64,000 nt of DNA from an uncultured Chloroflexia bacterium (GCA_963797095.1 CAWCNY010000003.1:864001-928000), one strand, 5' to 3'. Positions 1-10,446 are shown, numbered from the stretch's first letter. A program made the numbers and translations. The notes: generated by a model from the sequence alone, not told the origin.

Positions 1-1
1 A

Positions 2-655
2 AGTGCGGGCCGAGCGCCTCGCCGCTATCGAGGCAAAGATACCTTCGAGTGGCTGATCCTGATACACTTCCTCGACATCACGCCCGACAAACTGCCCATG
101 CCACGGGAGCATTTTGCGGCCCCGCATATCTCCGGCACAAAAGGCGGGCATACACTGAACCTGCACCGCTTCGCCCGCGACGGCGTGAAGCTCCTGGGCC
201 ACCTGCGAGGTGCCGACAACAACAAGCTCACATTCGCGCCCGATCTGAAAGAGAACCTGGCGAAATCTGATGGGTTCGAGATGCAGGTTCGCAAAATGGT
301 GGACGAATACATCCAGGCGAACGGCCTCGACTTGCCGCCGGACGAGCTACCTCAACTGCGCGACGGCTACGAGCAACCGATCATCGAAGAGCTTGATCTG
401 GCGGAGGCAGGCATCAGCACCATCATCTGGGCCACCGGCTACACCTTCGACTTCAGCCTGGTGAAGCTCCCCGTCTGCGACGCGGATGGCTTCCCCATAC
501 AGACGAGAGGCGTAACCAACTATGAGGGGCTTTACTTCGTAGGTATGCCCTGGATGCCCTCCCTGAAAACAGGCATCCTGGTGGGCGTTGGCGAATCCGC
601 CCGGCACATCGCCTCCAACATAGTGGAGACCTACGCATACGCGAACAGGCGATAA
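2..655 (+). CDS. Flavin-dependent oxidoreductase/monooxygenase (MSMEG_0569/CzcO-like), 5' truncated by window edge
   Basis: Frame open from position 2 (SAGRAPRRYRGKDTFEWL); 'IIWATGY' and 'GLYFVG' FAD-oxidoreductase motifs. Confidence 0.8.
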   Translation, partial: SAGRAPRRYRGKDTFEWLILIHFLDITPDKLPMPREHFAAPHISGTKGGHTLNLHRFARDGVKLLGHLRGADNNKLTFAPDLKENLAKSDGFEMQVRKMVDEYIQANGLDLPPDELPQLRDGYEQPIIEELDLAEAGISTIIWATGYTFDFSLVKLPVCDADGFPIQTRGVTNYEGLYFVGMPWMPSLKTGILVGVGESARHIASNIVETYAYANRR

Positions 656-686
656 GGCGGGTCACTTCAGCCACGAGGTAACAAAG

Positions 687-1505
687 CTACACAGAATAGA
701 AATACCAGGGGATCCCCAGCAGGGCCTCACCGCCAAGCATCAACCCAAGCCCTATCAGAAACACGCCCAGCGGCACCACCAGCCGCCTGCCCCACGACGC
801 GTTCTTCTCGGCCCACATCACCATCCCAAGCACCAGCATCCCGCCTATGCTACCCGCCACCCCAACGAGCATCAGCAGCATCATGGCCCAGCAGCACCCG
901 ACGCACGCGATCCCCTCGCGCACCCCCAGCAGCAAGGGCCATCTTCGCCACCTTCGCTCGTCCTCCACAGGGGCAAGCGAAGGTGGCGAGCACACACTGT
1001 GTATGGACAGGCGCTTCAGGGGCATGAACTGGTAGATCCCGGCAAGAACCAGCGCCATCGGACCGATCAGGCCACTTGCTTCCAGCGCCAACCCGAACGC
1101 CTGGAGGAGAGCTTGCAGAGCCAGGTGCGCGCCAATGCCGAAGGCCGTCCACACCAATACATAACCACCAAGCAGCAGGAAGATCGATCTCGCACGCGCT
1201 CCGGGGCCAGCTATCGCACCGGAGAATCGCCCCACGAGGGGCAGCACAGTTGGCAGCATCATAGCCACCACCATAAGAGCCCAACCCCCGGCGAAAAACG
1301 CCAGCGCCAACACACCGCTCTCTTGCGTACCCGCCGGACCTGCTACTGACGCGTGCCCTGCGTGGCCCATAGAGTGCCCAAGGGGCGACTGCTCCAGCGC
1401 GAACAACGAGAGCCAAGCCGCTATTATCAACCCGACCAGTACGATCAGCACCGGCCTTTGTGCGATACTATTCAGCTGGATAGCTCTCAATTGCCTCAAT
1501 TGCAT
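687..1505 (-). CDS. DUF2182-type predicted metal-binding integral membrane protein
   Basis: Multiple TM helices, 'W.LMVVAMMLP', 'YQF.PLK', 'CVGCCW' motifs. Confidence 0.8.
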   Translation of the reverse strand: MQLRQLRAIQLNSIAQRPVLIVLVGLIIAAWLSLFALEQSPLGHSMGHAGHASVAGPAGTQESGVLALAFFAGGWALMVVAMMLPTVLPLVGRFSGAIAGPGARARSIFLLLGGYVLVWTAFGIGAHLALQALLQAFGLALEASGLIGPMALVLAGIYQFMPLKRLSIHSVCSPPSLAPVEDERRWRRWPLLLGVREGIACVGCCWAMMLLMLVGVAGSIGGMLVLGMVMWAEKNASWGRRLVVPLGVFLIGLGLMLGGEALLGIPWYFYSV

Positions 1506-1567
1506 GGTACCTGCAACCTTTTCCCTATTATACCCGGGTACCCTGCATGACGGCTACAGCCACTCTC

Positions 1568-2620
1568 TCAGGCCGACGAGCGCGGGATGAAGTGGCAGGC
1601 GATCTTATGCTGCACCGGCTCGGTCTCGTATCCGTTCTCGCTGTGGTCGAGCAAATATTGCACCGCCCATTGGCCCATCTGGTAGTGCGGTAGCTCCATT
1701 GTCGAGAGCGGCGGGTAGAGCTGCGCCGCGATCAGCTCCAGGTTATCGAAGCCGATCACCGCCACGTCATCCGGGATCGACATTCCCAGCTTGCGCAGCG
1801 CATCGTACACGCCCATCGCCGTCAGATCGTTGAAGCAAAAGAGAGCGGTAGGCGGCTCCGCGAGGTGCATAAGCTCCATTGCGCAGCGATACCCGCCGCT
1901 GCTCTGGGTGGTCGCTCCATACTGGATAAGGCGGCTGTCGAATGGCACGTTGTAGGCTGCCAGCGCTCGCTTGTAACCCTCCAGGCGCTCCTGTTGCGCT
2001 GGCATGGGGTCCACATTGTTGATGAAACCGATCCGGCGGTGGCCTTTCTGCAGCAGCACCTCGGTGGCTGTCCTGGCACCCTGCACTTCGTCCGGCACCA
2101 CCGATGGCAGCGAGCGGTCATCCACGTAGCAGTCAAGCAGCACTACCGGTGCCTGAGAGATCGACTGCGGCGGGGTGACGCTGTGATGGAACATTGTCGA
2201 GTAAATGATCCCCTCGACCTGCCGCGCCAGCAGCATCTCGATAGCGTCGCGCTCGATCTTGCTGTTGCGGCCCGTATTGAACAGCAGCACCATCTTATCG
2301 TTGGCCCAGGCCGCATCCTGCGCCCCTTTGACACTCTTCCAGGCAAGGGGAGTCGACACGAGCTCGTCCGAGACAAATCCATCGGAGATGAAGCCGATGG
2401 TGTGAGAGCGCCGAGAAATAAGCCCGCGAGCCATCGCGTTAGGTCGCCAGTTCAGTTCCCTTATGGCTACCCACACGCGATCCTTGGTCTCCTGCGGGAT
2501 GCTGGTGTCCTGCACATCGTTCACGACGAACGACACAGTGGTTGGCGATACACCCGCCAGCCGGGCAACGTCCTGTATGGAAGGCTTCTTCAGCTTTGAG
2601 CGCCCCGGTTTGTCCGACAT
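1568..2620 (-). CDS. LacI-family transcriptional regulator
   Basis: 'SIQDVARLAGVSPTTVSFV' HTH; 'PDDVAVIGFDN', 'PPLST' sugar-binding domain; divergent from sugar ABC operon. Confidence 0.95.
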   Translation of the reverse strand: MSDKPGRSKLKKPSIQDVARLAGVSPTTVSFVVNDVQDTSIPQETKDRVWVAIRELNWRPNAMARGLISRRSHTIGFISDGFVSDELVSTPLAWKSVKGAQDAAWANDKMVLLFNTGRNSKIERDAIEMLLARQVEGIIYSTMFHHSVTPPQSISQAPVVLLDCYVDDRSLPSVVPDEVQGARTATEVLLQKGHRRIGFINNVDPMPAQQERLEGYKRALAAYNVPFDSRLIQYGATTQSSGGYRCAMELMHLAEPPTALFCFNDLTAMGVYDALRKLGMSIPDDVAVIGFDNLELIAAQLYPPLSTMELPHYQMGQWAVQYLLDHSENGYETEPVQHKIACHFIPRSSA

Positions 2621-2716
2621 AACTATGTCTCAGGCGTGTCAGGAGGTCGGCCCGCAGGGCCTTCACGCCCACGCTGGCCTCAATCAATCTCCGTAACTAA
2701 CTGGTTTGAACTCGCT

Positions 2717-2745
2717 AGCATAGCTCTAGCACGCCGCTTTGTCAA
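2717..2745 (-). promoter_or_regulatory. Sigma70-type promoter for the LacI gene
   Basis: Minus strand TTGACA (2745-2740), 17 bp, TATGCT (2722-2717). Confidence 0.7.
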
Positions 2746-2928
2746 GTAGGCTTAAGAGTGTAAATAGGGCTTATGCGTGCTAATTCGCTGCCCCTCGCTA
2801 GTGAAGTGGCCACGCACGAAGAGTTGCCCGCCCGAGCTACAGCTACAGCCCGGCTACGCATGCGAACCTGATCTCGTTGGCCGTTCTGATTTAGCATGCA
2901 TAAGCCCTAATTTACTCCTGATAACCTA

Positions 2929-2972
2929 TTGACAAGACACTCCTCTGGTAGTATCATCCTAAAACGATTTAC
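2929..2972 (+). promoter_or_regulatory. Sigma70-type promoter with overlapping LacI-type operator for the maltodextrin ABC operon
   Basis: TTGACA 2929-2934, 17 bp, TATCAT 2952-2957; CTAAAACGATTTAC (2959-2972) is an imperfect palindrome with a central CG; similar site GCAAAACGCTTAGC at 3373-3386. Confidence 0.7.
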
Positions 2973-3510
2973 CAAACCCATCAGGGTCAACCCGTTGGTT
3001 GCAGGCGCAGTTGGGTAAGAGGGCTCTACCGTACTGCGACTTCCCTTGTTCGTGGTTGCTGAACGTTACCAGGATTGTCGCGTTGTGCCAGGCCATCTGC
3101 GTACCGGCCTATTGACGAGCCTGGTAGCACGATTCCGGCACACTACAGAGAAATAACGGTTGCGGCTGTCGCACACAGCGCACCTCCACTGGCAGCACTT
3201 GCGCATTATCGAATACAATACACGCTACCACGCGCGCGTGGCTCCATGCGGTCACCGTGCGGTTGTGGGCAGCCACCTTTCATAACTCATAGCCTGCCAA
3301 CCACCAACCCGAATATGTGGCCCTAACGCAACCCAAAAGGAGGTGATTCTCGGCGAAGCTCTCAAGCATTCTGCAAAACGCTTAGCCACGCCTGATTTCG
3401 CGATCTGCAACTGAACTATTCGACAGGCCGCCGCCCGGACGCGGCGCATTCATGGGCAAAGTCCGGGCCCAGTATTGTGCAACGTAGTAAGTTGAACAGG
3501 AGGAAAGTCA

Positions 3511-4902
3511 ATGAAGTCTACCAAGTATAGCTGGTTGGTAATCGTGATGATCTTTGCGACGCTCTTGCTGAGCGCCTGCGGCGGCGATGCTACCCCAACC
3601 ACGGGCACGGCAGCAAACCCCACCGATACAGCGGGCTCCGTACAGGCAGCCGCCACGGATACGCCTGCCGCAGCCGCAGTACCGACCGATACGCCCGCTG
3701 CGGCTGCCGCGGGACCGACCGATACGGTCGAACCAACCGCCGTCTCCCTGGGCGATCCGAGTACGGCCAAAACCACAATTACCATCTGGCACTCGTGGGC
3801 CTCTGACTATCTCAGCCCCAAAGAGGCCATTTTCGCCGCATATGTACAGCAGCACCCGGATGTTGCCATCAAGCTGCTCAATGTATCTGACATCAGCACA
3901 AAAGCCCAGAACGCCGTACCCGCTGGCGTCGGCCCCGATATCATCGCCTGGGTAGACGACCAGATCGGCTCGAACGCGCTGGTAGGCGTGATCGATCCGC
4001 TCGACGGCATAGATGGCATCGACCAGGATTACTTGAAAGCCAACTATCCGGAAGTGGCCGTCAACGCCATGACCTATGACGGCAAGATTTACGGCCTGCC
4101 CGAAACGATGGAGGCGATCACCTTCATCTACAACAAGAAGCTGATCTCCGAAGACCAGCTGCCCAAGACCACCACCGAGCTGAAGCAGAAGATGGCCGAT
4201 TACAACAACGCGAACGCCGGTATGTACTTCGCCGTGTGGGATCCCAACAACGCCTACTCCAACGCTCCCTGGTTCTACGGCGCTGGCGGTCAGTATGTGG
4301 ACGACCAGGGTAACGCTCACCTCAATTCTTCCCAGGCCCTCGCTACGGCCCAGTTCATACGCAGCCTGCAAGGCCTTATGCCCAAGGATATCGACGGCAA
4401 CACCGCGGACGCTCTGTTCAACGATGGCAAGGCAGCTATTGAGCTGACAGGCCCATGGCGCATCGCCGACCTGAAGAGCTCCGGCATGGACTTTGGGCTG
4501 GCTAAGATACCGATGGTTGACTTCGGTGACACCGGCCCGGCCCGCCCGTTCGTCGGCGTCAAGTGCCTCATGCTTGCCCACGGCAGCAAGAACGCCGACG
4601 TGGCCGCCGACATCATGAAGTTCTACACCTCCAGCGAGGAGTTGGAGACTATGGCCAAGGGCACAGGCGAGGTGCCGGCCGCCACCCAAGCCGCCAATGA
4701 CCTCAGCAGCAATCCGGTGGTGGCAGGTTTCAACGCCCAGGCAGTAGACGGCGTGCCCCTGCCCAACACCCCCTTCATGGGTGCCCTCTGGGACCCGGCG
4801 GCCAAGGCCTACTCGGCCCTCTGGTCCGGCACGGACGATCCCCAGACTATCATGACAGCATCTCAGCAAGCAGCGACCTCCGCTCTTGCGAAGATGAAGT
4901 AG
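3511..4902 (+). CDS. Maltodextrin/oligosaccharide ABC transporter substrate-binding lipoprotein (MalE-like)
   Basis: AGGAGG RBS, lipobox LSAC, Thr/Pro/Ala linker, 'GPDI', 'YGLP', 'IYNKKL', 'TGPW' motifs. Confidence 0.9.
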   Translation: MKSTKYSWLVIVMIFATLLLSACGGDATPTTGTAANPTDTAGSVQAAATDTPAAAAVPTDTPAAAAAGPTDTVEPTAVSLGDPSTAKTTITIWHSWASDYLSPKEAIFAAYVQQHPDVAIKLLNVSDISTKAQNAVPAGVGPDIIAWVDDQIGSNALVGVIDPLDGIDGIDQDYLKANYPEVAVNAMTYDGKIYGLPETMEAITFIYNKKLISEDQLPKTTTELKQKMADYNNANAGMYFAVWDPNNAYSNAPWFYGAGGQYVDDQGNAHLNSSQALATAQFIRSLQGLMPKDIDGNTADALFNDGKAAIELTGPWRIADLKSSGMDFGLAKIPMVDFGDTGPARPFVGVKCLMLAHGSKNADVAADIMKFYTSSEELETMAKGTGEVPAATQAANDLSSNPVVAGFNAQAVDGVPLPNTPFMGALWDPAAKAYSALWSGTDDPQTIMTASQQAATSALAKMK

Positions 4903-4912
4903 GTTGGTTATC

Positions 4913-4945
4913 GAAGGCAAGGATGCTGAACGCATCCTTGCCTTC
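4913..4945 (+). terminator. Intra-operon stem-loop after the SBP gene
   Basis: GAAGGCAAGGATGC-TGAAC-GCATCCTTGCCTTC, perfect 14-bp stem. Confidence 0.75.
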
Positions 4946-4989
4946 CCTCTCATTCACATCACCGACTGTCCAATTTCGGAGGTAATGTT

Positions 4990-6009
4990 ATGGCACGTGG
5001 CACTCCTGTTGTCGCTGCGGCGGTCGTAGCGCAAACGCAAGGCGTTAACCGCGAGAGGCGTAGGCTCTATACTATCTCCGCGGCCTACATCGGCCCTGCT
5101 ATGCTCGGGATCTTTATTTTCAGTGTCATCCCGATCCTCTACACCCTCTTCACCTCGTTCACCAACCGCAACACCTTCCATTTCCCGGCGGCCCCCGATT
5201 TATTCGGCCCCCCCAAGACTGGGGCTTACACATTTATTGGCCTACAAAACTATGCCACCCTTTTCTGGGACTCCACCACCAGCACCTTCAACACCGATAT
5301 TTTCTCGGTGCTGGCCAACACCGTCCTGTACGCCGTGGTGTGCGTGGGGCTCTTCTTCGCCGTTGGGCTTGGCCTGGCGCTCCTCCTGAGCAGCCCCTAT
5401 GTTAAGCTCACCAGCCTCTTCCGCACGCTGATCATCGTGCCCTGGGCCGCGCCCGCGGTGCTCACCGCCCCCATCTGGAGGTTCTTTTTCAACAGCAACT
5501 TCGGCCCTATCGACCAGATTTTGCGCTCGATAGGCGTCGCCAACCCCCCTAACTGGCTGAGCGATCCCATATGGGCCTGGATCGGCGTTGTGCTCGTGAA
5601 CCTCTGGCTGAGCTACCCCTTCTTCATGTTCGTCATCATGGGCGCCCTCACCACTGTGCCCGCCGACCTCTATGAAGCGGCTCGCATTGATGGCGCGGGC
5701 TGGTGGACCCAACTCTTCCGGATCACGCTGCCGATGATTCGTCCGGCGGTGGTCCCCGTTATCATTCTCAGCCTGATAACGACCTTCCAAATGTTCAACA
5801 CAGTGTGGATCATCACTGCCGGAGGACCGTTCACGGCCATAGGCAAACCCGGCACCACGGAGTTCGTAATGCTCTATTCGTACCATTACGGCATTCAGCA
5901 GAATAACTTCGGCCTGATGAGCGCCTTCGCCGTGGTCCTGTTCATCCTACTATTTGCGATTACTATGTTGAACCTGCGCCTGACCAGTGCAAACAAAGGA
6001 GTGTCATAG
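4990..6009 (+). CDS. Carbohydrate ABC transporter permease (MalF-like)
   Basis: EAA loop 'LYEAARIDGA'; TM helices. Confidence 0.92.
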   Translation: MARGTPVVAAAVVAQTQGVNRERRRLYTISAAYIGPAMLGIFIFSVIPILYTLFTSFTNRNTFHFPAAPDLFGPPKTGAYTFIGLQNYATLFWDSTTSTFNTDIFSVLANTVLYAVVCVGLFFAVGLGLALLLSSPYVKLTSLFRTLIIVPWAAPAVLTAPIWRFFFNSNFGPIDQILRSIGVANPPNWLSDPIWAWIGVVLVNLWLSYPFFMFVIMGALTTVPADLYEAARIDGAGWWTQLFRITLPMIRPAVVPVIILSLITTFQMFNTVWIITAGGPFTAIGKPGTTEFVMLYSYHYGIQQNNFGLMSAFAVVLFILLFAITMLNLRLTSANKGVS

Positions 6010-6010
6010 C

Positions 6011-6937
6011 ATGAGCAGCATCGAATCCACGCAAGCAGCAGCCAGGCCCACACCTACCCATTTAGCCAGCGTGCAAGCACAGGCTGATGCGCTACGGCGC
6101 AAGCAGCGCCAGCAGTTCGTCTGGAAAAGCATCCTGGCGCACATCGCCGTGGTGATCTTCCTGATCTTTGCGATCTTTCCGATCTACTTCCTTGTCACGG
6201 CTGCCTTCCGCCCCGGCCAGGGGTTGTACAGCACCAACCTTGAGCTGATCCCAAGCACCGTCACCCTCGACAACTTCGACTACATGCTCAACCACACTGC
6301 CATGCTCACCTGGCTGAAGAACAGCGTTATCGTGGCCAGCGCTACCACCGTGCTGAGCGTCTGCCTCGCCACCCCGGCCGCCTACGCCTTCTCGCGCTGG
6401 AACTTCCCCGGTCGGGGCGCGATCCTGAGCGTCATGCTTGCCCTACAGGCCTTCCCCGCGATCCTCGCCCTGATCGCCATCTTCGTTATCTTCAAAGAGT
6501 TCCACATGCTCGATACCCTGTGGGGGCTGGTGATCGCCTACGCCTCAGGAGGTCTCGTCTTCGCGATCTGGAACACCAAAGGCTACTTCGACACTATCCC
6601 AGTCGAGTTGGAGGAATCGGCCCGCGTGGATGGCGCGACCGCCACGCAAACCTTCCTGCGGGTTATCCTGCCTCTGGCCCGCCCCGTGATCGCCGTCACC
6701 GCCCTCCTCGGTTTCATGGCCGGGTGGGGCGAGTACATCACCGCTCAGACCGTGCTCTTCAACGAGGACAACTACACCTCGATGGTCGGCCTGATCGGCC
6801 TGCAAACGGACTACAGCAAACCGTGGGGCTGGTTTGCGGTTGGCGCGATTTTTGCTATGGTGCCTGTGATGGCCGTCTTCATGGCGCTCCAGAAGAACCT
6901 GGTTGGAGGGCTAACAGCGGGCGGCGTAAAAGGCTAA
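6011..6937 (+). CDS. Carbohydrate ABC transporter permease (MalG-like)
   Basis: 'LEESARVDGA', C-terminal 'GGLTAGGVKG'; start taken at ATG 6011. Confidence 0.92.
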   Translation: MSSIESTQAAARPTPTHLASVQAQADALRRKQRQQFVWKSILAHIAVVIFLIFAIFPIYFLVTAAFRPGQGLYSTNLELIPSTVTLDNFDYMLNHTAMLTWLKNSVIVASATTVLSVCLATPAAYAFSRWNFPGRGAILSVMLALQAFPAILALIAIFVIFKEFHMLDTLWGLVIAYASGGLVFAIWNTKGYFDTIPVELEESARVDGATATQTFLRVILPLARPVIAVTALLGFMAGWGEYITAQTVLFNEDNYTSMVGLIGLQTDYSKPWGWFAVGAIFAMVPVMAVFMALQKNLVGGLTAGGVKG

Positions 6938-6959
6938 ACCCAGGCCCAAAATCGTAGTT

Positions 6960-6984
6960 GTAGGGGCGAGGCATGCCTCGCCCT
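6960..6984 (+). repeat. GTAG-family REP-like palindrome
   Basis: GTAG followed by GGGCGAGGCA-TGCCTCGCCC inverted repeat in an intergenic gap. Confidence 0.55.
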
Positions 6985-7053
6985 TTGCATGATCACCTGC
7001 TTTGAAATAAGCACCAACCCACAGCAGCAGACCCGGATAACCAGAGAGCATAA

Positions 7054-8544
7054 GTGAAGAACACCTCATTCCCCCCACGGCGCGGGCCGATCTCTATAAT
7101 TCTATTGCTAATGGCGCTGTTGCTCGCCATGTTGCTCGCCGCGTGCGATAGCTCCACCGCCACGCCCACTCTCGTTCCTGCGCCTCCCACCGCCACCTTA
7201 CCGCCCGTCGCGACGGTCCGACCATCCCCCACTTCCCCACCCGAGTTTGACCTGTTCCCAGGCGCTACGCCCACCGCCCCACCGGATAAAGCGGTCGCGC
7301 CACTGTGGGCGCGTGACGCCGTGCTCTACCAGATTTTCGTGCGCAACTTCACGCCCGAAGGCACCCTGGCGGCGGCCCAGAAGCGACTGCCCGACCTGAA
7401 AGATATGGGCATCAACCTTATATACCTGATGCCGATCCAGCCCACGGGCGAGGTGAATCGCAAAGGCAGCCTGGGCAGCCCTTACAGTATCGCCGACTAC
7501 TACGCCATCGACCCGGCCCAGGGCACCGAGGCCGACCTGAAAGCCTTCGTTGACGCCGCACACGGCCTGGGCATGAAAGTGATCATGGACCTGGTCGCCA
7601 ACCACACCGCCTGGGACAGCGTGCTGGCTAAAGAGCACCCCGACTGGTTCAAGCACGACGATGCGGGCAATTTCGTGTCGCCACAACCCGATTGGACCGA
7701 CGTGATCCAGATCGACCACAGCAAGCCTGAGGTGCTTCAATACTTCATCGACATGACCACCCACTACGTGCAGGCCGAGGGCATCGATGGCTTCCGCTGC
7801 GACTACAGCACGGGGGTTCCCCTCGAATTCTGGGAGGCATGGCGGGCCGCCCTCAAGAGGGTCAACCCCGATCTCTTCCTTCTCTCGGAGAACGACGACG
7901 CGTCCCTTACGAAGGCGTTTGACGCCACCTACGACCAGGGTCTCTATAAGGATGTCGTGCCTGCGGTGCTGGGCAACAACCCCCACCGCCTGATGATCGA
8001 CGCTGCCGCCAATTATGCCTCCAGCGGGCCGTACCTGCTGCAAACCCGCTTCTATGAAAACCACGACCACGACCGGGTGGCCGTCCCCTTCGAGCAGATG
8101 CCAATCGAGGCCCTGGAGGCCGCGAGCACCTACCTGCTGACCACCGATGGCATCCCCTTTATCGAAAACGGGCAGGAGGTTGGCATCACCCACACCATTT
8201 CCCTCTTCGATCCCGACCCTATCCAGTGGCAGCTTGGCAACCCCGACCTGCGCGAGCACTTCAAGAGCATCCTCGCCATCCGCAACGCCAACCCCGCCCT
8301 CCAACACGGCGACATAGTGGACGTTGGCACGATCGTGCCAGGTGTGGCTGCTTTCGTGCGCCGCACCGCCGACCAGCAGGTGCTGGTGGTGCTCAGCTTT
8401 GCCAAGGCCGACGCCCACGCGACGCTCGACCCCTCGCTGGCCCGGCACAAAGGCAAAGACCTCGTAACAGGAGATACGGTCGATCTGAGCGCCGGTCTCG
8501 ATATGACCCCCTGGTCATGGCGCATTATCGAGCTTCTTAAGTAA
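7054..8544 (+). CDS. GH13 alpha-amylase-family lipoprotein
   Basis: Lipobox LAAC; GH13 regions 'DLVANH', 'GFRCD', 'LLSE', 'YENHD'. Confidence 0.9.
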   Translation: MKNTSFPPRRGPISIILLLMALLLAMLLAACDSSTATPTLVPAPPTATLPPVATVRPSPTSPPEFDLFPGATPTAPPDKAVAPLWARDAVLYQIFVRNFTPEGTLAAAQKRLPDLKDMGINLIYLMPIQPTGEVNRKGSLGSPYSIADYYAIDPAQGTEADLKAFVDAAHGLGMKVIMDLVANHTAWDSVLAKEHPDWFKHDDAGNFVSPQPDWTDVIQIDHSKPEVLQYFIDMTTHYVQAEGIDGFRCDYSTGVPLEFWEAWRAALKRVNPDLFLLSENDDASLTKAFDATYDQGLYKDVVPAVLGNNPHRLMIDAAANYASSGPYLLQTRFYENHDHDRVAVPFEQMPIEALEAASTYLLTTDGIPFIENGQEVGITHTISLFDPDPIQWQLGNPDLREHFKSILAIRNANPALQHGDIVDVGTIVPGVAAFVRRTADQQVLVVLSFAKADAHATLDPSLARHKGKDLVTGDTVDLSAGLDMTPWSWRIIELLK

Positions 8545-8589
8545 CATTCAGCTATTCAGCCTGCCCACCACAAACCAGGAGCGCCGCCA

Positions 8590-10392
8590 ATGAGCACCGG
8601 CAACCTCAGCCTCGAAGCCGCTCGCCGCCTGCGCGGCGGCAATCTGCCTCACGTCCCGCCACCCTCCTCCCCCATTTCCACACGGGTGCGCCTCACCCTC
8701 GATGCCCCTTCGGACGCTGCCCCTGAGGTCATCGTCACCGACCCGCGCCGCGAGCACGGCTGGAGGGTGGCCCTCTCGTGGAGCCAGGATCGATGGCTGG
8801 CAGACATCTTGCTACCGCAAGAGCCTACCGTGATCACCTACTATTTCGTATTGCGCGACGGCTCGACAATCCGCGAGCGCCATCAGGTCGAGGGGGAGGT
8901 CGAAATGCTCTACCGCGTCTGGGCGGAGCGCGATTTCCAGATCGCCGTGTACGATCCGAACAACACCGTGCCCTCCTGGCTCCCCGGCACCATCTTCTAC
9001 GAGATATTCCCCGATCGTTTCGCGAAGGGCGACCCCGGCACCGCTAAAGGCGTCGATGCCGAGGGGAACGAGGTTCCTTACATCGACTGGAACGAGCAGC
9101 CACACCACCCGCCCAGGGGCACCGATTTCTTCGGCGGAGACCTGCGCGGCGTCATCAACAAGCTCGACTACATAGCTGATCTGGGCATGACCTGCATCTA
9201 CTTCACCCCCATCTTCGCCTCCCCCAGCAACCACCGCTACGACGCCATAGATTACACCCTGATAGACCCGCGCCTCGGCACGGAAGACGACCTGCGTGAG
9301 CTGATCCGAGAAGCAGACAGGCGCGGCATCCGCGTGCTGCTGGACGGAGTCTTCAACCATTGCTCCGACCGCAGCGTCTACTTCAAGGAAGCCCAGCGCA
9401 GCAAAGAATCGCCCTATTACCGCTGGTTCGACTTTCTGCACTGGCCCGACAGGTGGGTCGGCTGGCTGGGCTCGCGCAACAGGCTCAGCATACCCGGCCT
9501 ACCCCACATGCCTGAGTTCGTCGAATGCCCGGAGGTCGAGCACTTCTTCTACGGCGAAGGGGGCATCGCCCAGCGCTGGCTGGCTCTCGGCACGGCGGGC
9601 TGGCGCACGGACGTCACACCATGGATCACCGACGAGTTCTGGAGGCGCTTCCGCCGGGCCGTGCGCCGCGCCCACCCCCAAGCCTACCTGGTGGCCGAGG
9701 ACTGGGCCAACGCCCCCCAGCGCCTGGTAGGCGACAGCTTCGACGCGGTCATGAACTATCGCTTCGGCTACAGCGTGCTCGGCTTCGCGAACGGCAAGTT
9801 GAGCCCCGCCGAACTTGACGACCGCCTCGAAACGCGCCGCCGCAACTCGCCGCCCGCTTCATTCCACGCCCAGATGAACATCCTCGGCTCGCATGACACG
9901 CCCCGCATCCTCAACAGGCTTGAGGGCCACAAAGAGCGCGTGATCTTCGCCGCTGCCCTCCAGATGGCCTACCCTGGCGCGCCCATGATCTACTACGGCG
10001 ACGAGGCAGGTATTGATGGCTCCTACGCCGAAGATGGCCGCCGCCCATACCCCTGGGGCCATGAAGACCTCGAACTCCTGGACTTCTACCGTACGGCTGC
10101 CAACGCCCGCCGCCACAGCCCCGCCCTCAGCAAGGGCGATGTTACTACCGCCTGGATCGACGACCTGGGCGGCTACGGCTTCGTACGCTCCTACGAGGGC
10201 GAGCGTGTGCTCGCCCTATTCAATAACGGCAGCCGCCCATTAATGGCCGCGATCCCGGTTGGCGCGGAGATCGAGGAAGGCGAATCGCCCGACCTCCTGT
10301 CGCACCTGCCCACCGCGCATGTAGCCGGCGGAGTGCTCCAGGCGACCATCCCACCCCTGGGCGCAGGCTGGTTCCAACTCTCAAAATCGTGA
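8590..10392 (+). CDS. GH13 cyclomaltodextrinase/neopullulanase-like
   Basis: 'FYEIFPDRF', 'DGVFNH', 'GWRTDV', 'VAED', 'LGSHD' motifs. Confidence 0.92.
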   Translation: MSTGNLSLEAARRLRGGNLPHVPPPSSPISTRVRLTLDAPSDAAPEVIVTDPRREHGWRVALSWSQDRWLADILLPQEPTVITYYFVLRDGSTIRERHQVEGEVEMLYRVWAERDFQIAVYDPNNTVPSWLPGTIFYEIFPDRFAKGDPGTAKGVDAEGNEVPYIDWNEQPHHPPRGTDFFGGDLRGVINKLDYIADLGMTCIYFTPIFASPSNHRYDAIDYTLIDPRLGTEDDLRELIREADRRGIRVLLDGVFNHCSDRSVYFKEAQRSKESPYYRWFDFLHWPDRWVGWLGSRNRLSIPGLPHMPEFVECPEVEHFFYGEGGIAQRWLALGTAGWRTDVTPWITDEFWRRFRRAVRRAHPQAYLVAEDWANAPQRLVGDSFDAVMNYRFGYSVLGFANGKLSPAELDDRLETRRRNSPPASFHAQMNILGSHDTPRILNRLEGHKERVIFAAALQMAYPGAPMIYYGDEAGIDGSYAEDGRRPYPWGHEDLELLDFYRTAANARRHSPALSKGDVTTAWIDDLGGYGFVRSYEGERVLALFNNGSRPLMAAIPVGAEIEEGESPDLLSHLPTAHVAGGVLQATIPPLGAGWFQLSKS

Positions 10393-10446
10393 CATCAAGG
10401 CTCACTGAGAGGCTTGCCGAACGGTTTTCAACTGAAGGAGAACAAC

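Noticed and set aside
2982-2991. AGGGTCAACC shared with the leader at 21669-21678 (minus)
   Set aside because: A single 10-bp match can arise by chance and no wider similarity is visible
3508-4953. Long antisense ORFs (also 7198-8448, 19907-21310, 38338-39540, 52585-53652)
   Set aside because: Shadow frames of well-supported genes in GC-rich DNA with no recognisable motifs
7206-7215. CGTCGCGACG as a further parS copy
   Set aside because: Lacks the T5/A5 arms and lies in coding sequence
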